From a virus (lineage: Duplodnaviria > Heunggongvirae > Uroviricota > Caudoviricetes), in the IMG/VR virus record IMGVR_UViG_3300034122_001045: 40,950 bases of DNA. The stretch is one strand, 5' to 3'. A program made the position numbers and the translations under genes. Shown piece by piece: positions 35,572 through 40,950 of this stretch (positions are counted from its first letter, which is position 1; every line of letters begins with the position of its first letter). The notes below the pieces were generated by a model, which saw nothing but the letters and a program-made list of their open reading frames with translations, was not told the origin of the DNA and did not search any database.

Positions 35572-36597
35572 TTATGTCTTTAGCCATCTTTCGTTCTCTA
35601 GAGTCCACTTTACTACTTCTGCAATTCTTTCGCGGACTGAAGTGGCTGGTTCCCATCCAAGACTCTTCATCTTGTTTCCGTCTAGGGCATAGCGAAGATC
35701 GTGGCCTGGGCGACTCGAGTGAAAGTCGACAAACTCGTAGTTGAGTTCCTTACCTTGCGCGTCTGCGATGATCCTTGCAAGTTCGTAGTTATCGATCTCT
35801 TCTGCGCCGACGATGTTAAACTTGGGGCACTTAGCTCCACCCCATTCTTCCTTTAGATCAAAATTCCCATTTAGTAAGAATAAAACTGCATCTGCTACAT
35901 CTTCTGCGTGGATGTAGTGACGTGATCCCGGGATCGTCTTTGTTCTATCGCTATGGATTGTAATCTTCTCGCCATCACGAGCTTTCTTGATGCACATTGG
36001 TATGTACTTCTCCGGGTGTTGTCTCTGACCAAAGACGTTCATAGTATGAGTGATATAGATCGGCAAGCCGTAGGTATTCTCATACGCAACAGCAAGTTCT
36101 TCGCCGCCTGCTTTTGATGCGCTATAAGGATTCGTAGAGTTATAGCGATCGTTTTCACCATACTTAATTCCATCCGGCGCAGGACCAAAGACTTCATCGG
36201 TACTGAAGTAGATGAACCTCTTAAGATTGCTCTTTTGCGCTCTTGCAAATTCGAGAATGTTACACGTTCCGACAACATTATCAAGAACGAACTCCATCGG
36301 ATAGTCGATAGAACGATCAACATGTGACCCTGCTGCAAGGTGAGCGATGTAGTCTACGGATCCTACTTCTGAACGAACGAGTGGGTTCATGTCGGCCTTC
36401 AGGTCGTGAAATACCACGCTTACTCTCTTACGAGTTTCGGCGTCGAACTCCTGTAGTGAGTCGTGGAGGCGATTCAAGTTTCCACTGTAGTCCAATCTAT
36501 CTAGAGTAACTACCTCCCAATCCGTCTCTTTGAGCACTTTACATACGAGGTGGTGGGCAATAAAACCGGCTCCGCCAGTGATTAATATTCTTTTCAT
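35572..36597 (-). CDS. rmlB: dTDP-glucose 4,6-dehydratase-like NAD-dependent epimerase/dehydratase
   Basis: The likely start is the ATG at 36597 (AAGGA SD); ITGGAGFIA, HLAAGSHVDRSI, STDEVFG, YSASK, NVFGQRQHPEK and RPGHDLRYALD. Confidence 0.9.
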   Translation of the reverse strand: MKRILITGGAGFIAHHLVCKVLKETDWEVVTLDRLDYSGNLNRLHDSLQEFDAETRKRVSVVFHDLKADMNPLVRSEVGSVDYIAHLAAGSHVDRSIDYPMEFVLDNVVGTCNILEFARAQKSNLKRFIYFSTDEVFGPAPDGIKYGENDRYNSTNPYSASKAGGEELAVAYENTYGLPIYITHTMNVFGQRQHPEKYIPMCIKKARDGEKITIHSDRTKTIPGSRHYIHAEDVADAVLFLLNGNFDLKEEWGGAKCPKFNIVGAEEIDNYELARIIADAQGKELNYEFVDFHSSRPGHDLRYALDGNKMKSLGWEPATSVRERIAEVVKWTLENERWLKT

Positions 36598-36620
36598 AAT
36601 GTATTCCTTTTCATTGTATG

Positions 36621-36648
36621 AAGAAGCGGGCAATGCCCGCTTCTTTTC
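36621..36648. terminator. GC-rich hairpin, possibly a bidirectional terminator
   Basis: AAGAAGCGGGC-AAT-GCCCGCTTCTT followed by TT on the plus strand; lies between the TctC-like gene and rmlB. Confidence 0.65.
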
Positions 36649-36655
36649 TATATGA

Positions 36656-37483
36656 TTACTGCACCTGACTTTGGTAGGCAGACACTTCTTTCTGTATAGC
36701 TTCGAGCTGTGCTTCTCTATCGAGTAATGAAAGCTCACGACTATATGTGTTAAACATTTCTTTCCAAGAATCTGAAGAGGTAGAATCGTTTAAAACCTGC
36801 TTCATCTCTTCTAGATCAACATTTACTCCAAGGAATGCGAACTTCATACCGGCTGTAGAGAAGACGTCATCACTGTAATTAACTAGCGGTGTAATTTCAG
36901 TGCTGTTTGGATCTGTAGTCAGCACGCAGCTCATAATATCGCTTGGCTTGGTCGTATAGACAAAGTCTATCTCGTCTATTTCAAAAGCTGCCATATATTC
37001 ATTCGCGCTCTTATACGGAATGATCGTAGCATTACTCTGTACTGCTTTTACATTATTTTCTAAAGATAACTTGTATAGAAAATCAATAGCATAACCTATC
37101 TTTGCGTTTCCGTTTATAAAGTATTCGAGATCTTTACCGGAATCTTTCTTTGTGCAGATATAGTTATACGAAGAGATGTGAACAGTGATAAAATTATCTT
37201 TTGTGAGTGTTTCCTTACATTCTTCACTTGCTGAAAAAGGTTCTGCAATTGGCTGCCATATTACTATGGTTGGGTTAGTCTCAGTTTTAAGAATGCTTGC
37301 TGCTGTGGCACAGGACTCTACTTTTTCTACACTTCCAAAAAGAGAAGGGTTTGACTCGTGTAGATAGTTTCCTAGTTTAAAGGCAGCTCCGGTTGGATTG
37401 TATGGATTTATGATGCGAACTAATTCGTTTGCGTAGAGCGGTGTAGAAATCATCATAAAGAGCGCTGTGATGTATTTAATCAT
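36656..37483 (-). CDS. Secreted/periplasmic solute-binding protein, divergent TctC (Bug)-like
   Basis: Signal peptide-like MIKYITALFMMISTPLYA; VRIINPYNPTG resembles the TctC N-terminal IVP(Y/F)xPGG; adjacent to tctA. Confidence 0.55.
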   Translation of the reverse strand: MIKYITALFMMISTPLYANELVRIINPYNPTGAAFKLGNYLHESNPSLFGSVEKVESCATAASILKTETNPTIVIWQPIAEPFSASEECKETLTKDNFITVHISSYNYICTKKDSGKDLEYFINGNAKIGYAIDFLYKLSLENNVKAVQSNATIIPYKSANEYMAAFEIDEIDFVYTTKPSDIMSCVLTTDPNSTEITPLVNYSDDVFSTAGMKFAFLGVNVDLEEMKQVLNDSTSSDSWKEMFNTYSRELSLLDREAQLEAIQKEVSAYQSQVQ

Positions 37484-37491
37484 ATTTTACC

Positions 37492-38823
37492 TCATAAGTA
37501 TAGAGCGTTGAATGTCATTATGCTGTAGTACAGCATGTCGTGAAGCAGAAATGCAAAGACTATTGGTGTTCTATCGTAACTCTTGAGCAGATAACCAATT
37601 GGTATCAAAGCTATAAGAAGTACTACATAGTACACGGACTGACCATACATAGATCCAGTAATATACGCGACGACAAAGAGCATCGCAATAATAAAGATAT
37701 ATATGTATCTAAAGTCTATCCTTGAAAAAACTCTTATCCAATTTACATACTTTCCTGCTATGAATACGCCGATAATCGCGCTAAGCATATAGACAACCAT
37801 CATATAAGGAAGCATGTGATAGAAGAAGTTTGTTGTTATATGTATTCCTTTACTCTCGACTATACTATATATAAAAGATTGTGTACTAGTAATTGGAAGA
37901 CCTACGAGAAATAAAGGAATTATTTGTGAAAAAACACCTGCGTTGTTTGCAGTCTCGGCCGCAACAAGACAGTCTATATCACCAACCTGATACTTGTTTT
38001 GTTTCTTTTTTATTCTTTTTTCGAGTAGATACGCAAGTGTTGTTCCAAGATGATACGTAACTCCTGGTATAAACCCGGATACATAACCTATCAAGAATCC
38101 ACGAACTACAACTCCCCAATGTTGTAACATATTCTTAAACGACACAACATAACCTGAAAGTTGCAACTTATTCATCACTATCTTTCTTGAGCCTACTTCA
38201 AGTTGATCTAGGATATACGGTATTACGTATATTCCTAAGACGACACTGATTGTAGGAAGCCCGCTTAACAGATAATTGTTACCAAATGTAAGAAATGCGG
38301 TGTTTGTATTTTTATCCATCCCGACGTGCGCTAAGATAAAACCCAAGATTATAAATGCGCAACTGATCCAGTACTTATTCTTACTCACTACTATAAATGC
38401 TATTAGACACAGAAAAGTAAGCAGCATTTTTATGCGCGTATCAAACATAGAGAACATATAGTAACTATACTGAATAAAGATGTACGACACCATGATAGAG
38501 AGAAGAGATCCTATGAAGCTTCCTATCGCTGCATACATTATTGCCCTATCACCATCTCCACGACGAAACAATTCGTGACCTTCGATTAACGAAGGAATGG
38601 ATGTCATAGAACCAGGGACAGCAAAGATAGTTGCTGACACAGATCCAAAGTATTGGCTCAGGCTTGCAACTACTACATATACTGCTAACGCGTTTGCTGG
38701 GTCAATTCCCATTAGAAACGGATACATTAGAGACAGCGTCACAAACACGGACACTCCTGGTATCAATCCGGACAAGACGCCAAAGAAGGTCGCAACAAGA
38801 AAAGAAACAACCATTTCTATCAT
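37492..38823 (-). CDS. tctA: Tripartite tricarboxylate transporter large permease, TctA family
   Basis: Polytopic hydrophobic protein with GLIPGV, YFGSVSATIFAVPG, EGHELFRRG...RA, GFIPGV and AAETANNAG...IPLFLVGLP, the TctA signature segments. Confidence 0.85.
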   Translation of the reverse strand: MIEMVVSFLVATFFGVLSGLIPGVSVFVTLSLMYPFLMGIDPANALAVYVVVASLSQYFGSVSATIFAVPGSMTSIPSLIEGHELFRRGDGDRAIMYAAIGSFIGSLLSIMVSYIFIQYSYYMFSMFDTRIKMLLTFLCLIAFIVVSKNKYWISCAFIILGFILAHVGMDKNTNTAFLTFGNNYLLSGLPTISVVLGIYVIPYILDQLEVGSRKIVMNKLQLSGYVVSFKNMLQHWGVVVRGFLIGYVSGFIPGVTYHLGTTLAYLLEKRIKKKQNKYQVGDIDCLVAAETANNAGVFSQIIPLFLVGLPITSTQSFIYSIVESKGIHITTNFFYHMLPYMMVVYMLSAIIGVFIAGKYVNWIRVFSRIDFRYIYIFIIAMLFVVAYITGSMYGQSVYYVVLLIALIPIGYLLKSYDRTPIVFAFLLHDMLYYSIMTFNALYL

Positions 38824-38824
38824 T

Positions 38825-39997
38825 TCAACTATCTCTTAACTCTAAAGTGGATTTTCTTATGTATATGGACCTAGAAGGAATCGAATTTAATGTTTTATTT
38901 TCTTCATCTATGTATCTTGCGTCAACTCTTCTAGATATTTCTTCTTCAAAGAAATGCTGAGTTTCTCGAATAATTCCAATCTTTTCTCTTTTTAAATGAA
39001 GATGTTTTAACCATCCGGAATAATCTGGACTCGCTCTCCAATAATTTCCATTCAATACATGACTCAAGGCTTTATATCCCATTGATTCATTTATAAGTGT
39101 ATAGTAAGAACTAGAAAAGTGTTGAACTTCACTCACAAGTTTTTCTGCTTCGCTCTTACTAATATTTCCACGTGCCTTGACAATACTTTCAATCGCTGAT
39201 ATCTTAAGCCACGCGAGCTTTATCTGTATTTCTGGGACGTCGTCAGTAGAGAAAAAGAAGATTGTATCGTAGTCATTAGATGATGGAGTATCATATTGCC
39301 ACCACATTCCAGAATTAGTAGCCCAAAACCAATCTCCGTTTACCAAAGTTACACGAGGTTTTTCTAATCCCCATATCATACAAGATCGCGGTTTAGTCTT
39401 ATTCACTCTCTTGTGTCTTGAGTGATATTGGCCTATAGATTCCGGTAACTTAACCATAGTACGATAATCACCTACGAAATTCTCAAGAGCAAGTCTCCAT
39501 TCTGCCGGGTCGTTTGGTGCAAGATAATTCGGTTTGTCTAAACCTTCTACCGTGTAGTTGAGTTGCTTTAACTTCTCGCTGTATTTACTCATAAGAGTAT
39601 CACGAATCTGTCCAAAGAGTTTTATTTTTGGATTAAAATCTTCGAAACCAAACCCGGCTCTATGCCAAAGTTTAACATTTCTTATACCTTCATCTATAAA
39701 TGCATCGAGTATTGTATGACTATCAGTTCCTCCACTGTAGTGAATCGTAATGTCATCATACTTTTCCGCAAGGATTCTTGCGTGCTTCCTGAAATAGTCT
39801 TTAGATTCAAGAAGAGGTTCTACTCTCCATGCCTGCGGATTACGATACACGTCATAGTCAAGAACAAACTCTATCCTAGAGTCTCTTCTCTTACTTGCTT
39901 CTGAAAATGCTTCTACGTTATTATAAAACTTAGATCCGTTCGCGAGAAAGTAGAAGTTTGGTTTTGAAGAAGGAATATCGCGAAATAAATTTATCAC
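38825..39997 (-). CDS. PP-loop (adenine nucleotide alpha hydrolase-like) protein of unknown function
   Basis: IHYSGGTDSHTILDAF (SGGxDS PP-loop) and IWGLEKPRV; GTG start; 1 nt before tctA. Confidence 0.6.
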   Translation of the reverse strand: MINLFRDIPSSKPNFYFLANGSKFYNNVEAFSEASKRRDSRIEFVLDYDVYRNPQAWRVEPLLESKDYFRKHARILAEKYDDITIHYSGGTDSHTILDAFIDEGIRNVKLWHRAGFGFEDFNPKIKLFGQIRDTLMSKYSEKLKQLNYTVEGLDKPNYLAPNDPAEWRLALENFVGDYRTMVKLPESIGQYHSRHKRVNKTKPRSCMIWGLEKPRVTLVNGDWFWATNSGMWWQYDTPSSNDYDTIFFFSTDDVPEIQIKLAWLKISAIESIVKARGNISKSEAEKLVSEVQHFSSSYYTLINESMGYKALSHVLNGNYWRASPDYSGWLKHLHLKREKIGIIRETQHFFEEEISRRVDARYIDEENKTLNSIPSRSIYIRKSTLELRDS

Positions 39998-40009
39998 AAT
40001 TCAATAAGT

Positions 40010-40948
40010 CTACTTTTTCTCAACTTCGTCTAGACGAGCAGATAGCTCCTTTACAGCTTCAATAAGAACGGCTGTTATGTTACCATACGCTACTGATTTA
40101 TATTCACCTATGTCATGAACTACTTCTGGGAGTATCTTTTCAACTTCCTGCGCGATCACACCTACGTTCTGCTTTCCGTCTCTTTCGAAATACACACCTC
40201 TCATTAGATCAACTTTTTCAAGAGCGCTATCGATTGTGCGAATATTCGTCTTAAGTCTTTCATCAGAATAAGCTGTTACGTTTCCACCGACGGCTAGGTT
40301 TCCGGTTGATGGTTGGAATGAGAACGCTGTGGCTGTAGTTCTTACTCTTGCTGTTTGGTCGCTTCCAGAACCGGCAACAAAGACTGGGTAGTGAACCGTA
40401 GAAGACGTCGAGTCTGCTGCATTGATTGTGCTAGATGGTCCGGCCAAGCCTTGTGTACCAGTAGTTCCTTGTCTACCTTGAATGCCTTGCGAACCGTTCA
40501 ATCCGTTCGATCCTAGAACACCCGCGGTACCTTGTACACCAGTACTACCCGCTGTTCCGGTCAATCCTTGAGAACCGGATCCTGTTGTACCTTGTCTCCC
40601 TTGAATACCCTGAAGCCCTTGTCCGCCAGTTGTTCCGGTTAATCCTTGAGAGCCAGACCCTGTTGTACCCTGTGTACCTAGAGTACCTTGAATGCCTTGA
40701 GTACCTTGACGACCTTGGAAGCCTTGCGCTACTGCTCCACCGTCTTGACCTTGAATACCTTGGCTTCCTTGGAAGCCTTGAGCAACTGCACCACCATTGA
40801 GACCTTGAATACCTTGACTACCAGCTCCGCTAATGCCTTGTGTACCTTGTCTACCTTGGAAACCTTGGACAGTACCGGCAGTACCTTGGAAACCTTGGTT
40901 ACCTTCTCCAGGTATACCTTGGACGCCCTGTCTTCCCTGGAAACCTTG
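40010..40948 (-). CDS. Second collagen-like fibre (C-terminal 312 aa, 5'-truncated by the window edge) with a Peptidase_S74 chaperone
   Basis: The frame is open from 40948 (QGFQGRQGVQGIPGEG...), so the track's 40564 start is internal. GXQ triplets, SDERLK autocleavage motif, GVIAQEVEKILPEVV and LIEAVKEL. Confidence 0.9.
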   Translation of the reverse strand, partial: QGFQGRQGVQGIPGEGNQGFQGTAGTVQGFQGRQGTQGISGAGSQGIQGLNGGAVAQGFQGSQGIQGQDGGAVAQGFQGRQGTQGIQGTLGTQGTTGSGSQGLTGTTGGQGLQGIQGRQGTTGSGSQGLTGTAGSTGVQGTAGVLGSNGLNGSQGIQGRQGTTGTQGLAGPSSTINAADSTSSTVHYPVFVAGSGSDQTARVRTTATAFSFQPSTGNLAVGGNVTAYSDERLKTNIRTIDSALEKVDLMRGVYFERDGKQNVGVIAQEVEKILPEVVHDIGEYKSVAYGNITAVLIEAVKELSARLDEVEKK

Positions 40949-40950
40949 CG

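Noticed and set aside
36598-36738. N-terminal extension of the epimerase in the ORF track
   Set aside because: It spans a terminator hairpin and the upstream gene end; the ATG at 36597 has an SD and gives the canonical KRILITGGAG start.
17648-40950. Diversity-generating retroelement acting on fibre tips
   Set aside because: No reverse transcriptase is present and I found no template/variable repeat pair differing at adenines; the shared C-terminal modules differ throughout.
1-40950. Stop-codon reassignment
   Set aside because: Genes are full length in the standard code and TAA, TAG (40010) and TGA (1184, 27809) all act as stops.
1-40950. tRNA, rRNA or mobile elements
   Set aside because: Intergenic gaps are short (133 nt or less) and I saw no cloverleaf, transposase, integrase or homing endonuclease motifs by eye; tRNAscan would confirm.

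Overview
This is a 41-kb late (virion morphogenesis) region of a large T4-like myovirus, coded almost entirely on the minus strand in the standard genetic code. The T4 core genes gp13, gp14, gp15, gp16 and gp17 (partial) lie at the left end, and several T4-type late promoters (TATAAATA or near-consensus) and intrinsic terminators are visible. The rest is an unusually rich accessory block of fibre-like structural genes: a 2092-aa proline-free Gly-Thr-Gln collagen fibre with C1q-like and S74 chaperone domains, a second partial collagen fibre, an 874-aa protein with about 50 Tyr-x-Gly repeats, and 1718-, 800- and 539-aa fibre-like proteins. Each of the two complete repeat proteins is followed by its own cassette of modifying enzymes: four glycosyltransferase-like domains, three 2OG-Fe(II) oxygenase-like domains, a sulfotransferase, a TPR-methyltransferase, two GH130-like beta-propellers, a radical SAM/SPASM enzyme and a nucleotidyltransferase-cupin. 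An RmlB gene lies just upstream. A TctA/TctC-like transporter pair with a PP-loop protein sits at the right end. The leading hypothesis, which is inference, is a phage-encoded late-expressed system that post-translationally decorates or crosslinks its own repetitive virion fibres. All family assignments come from motif recognition by eye; no database searches were run.
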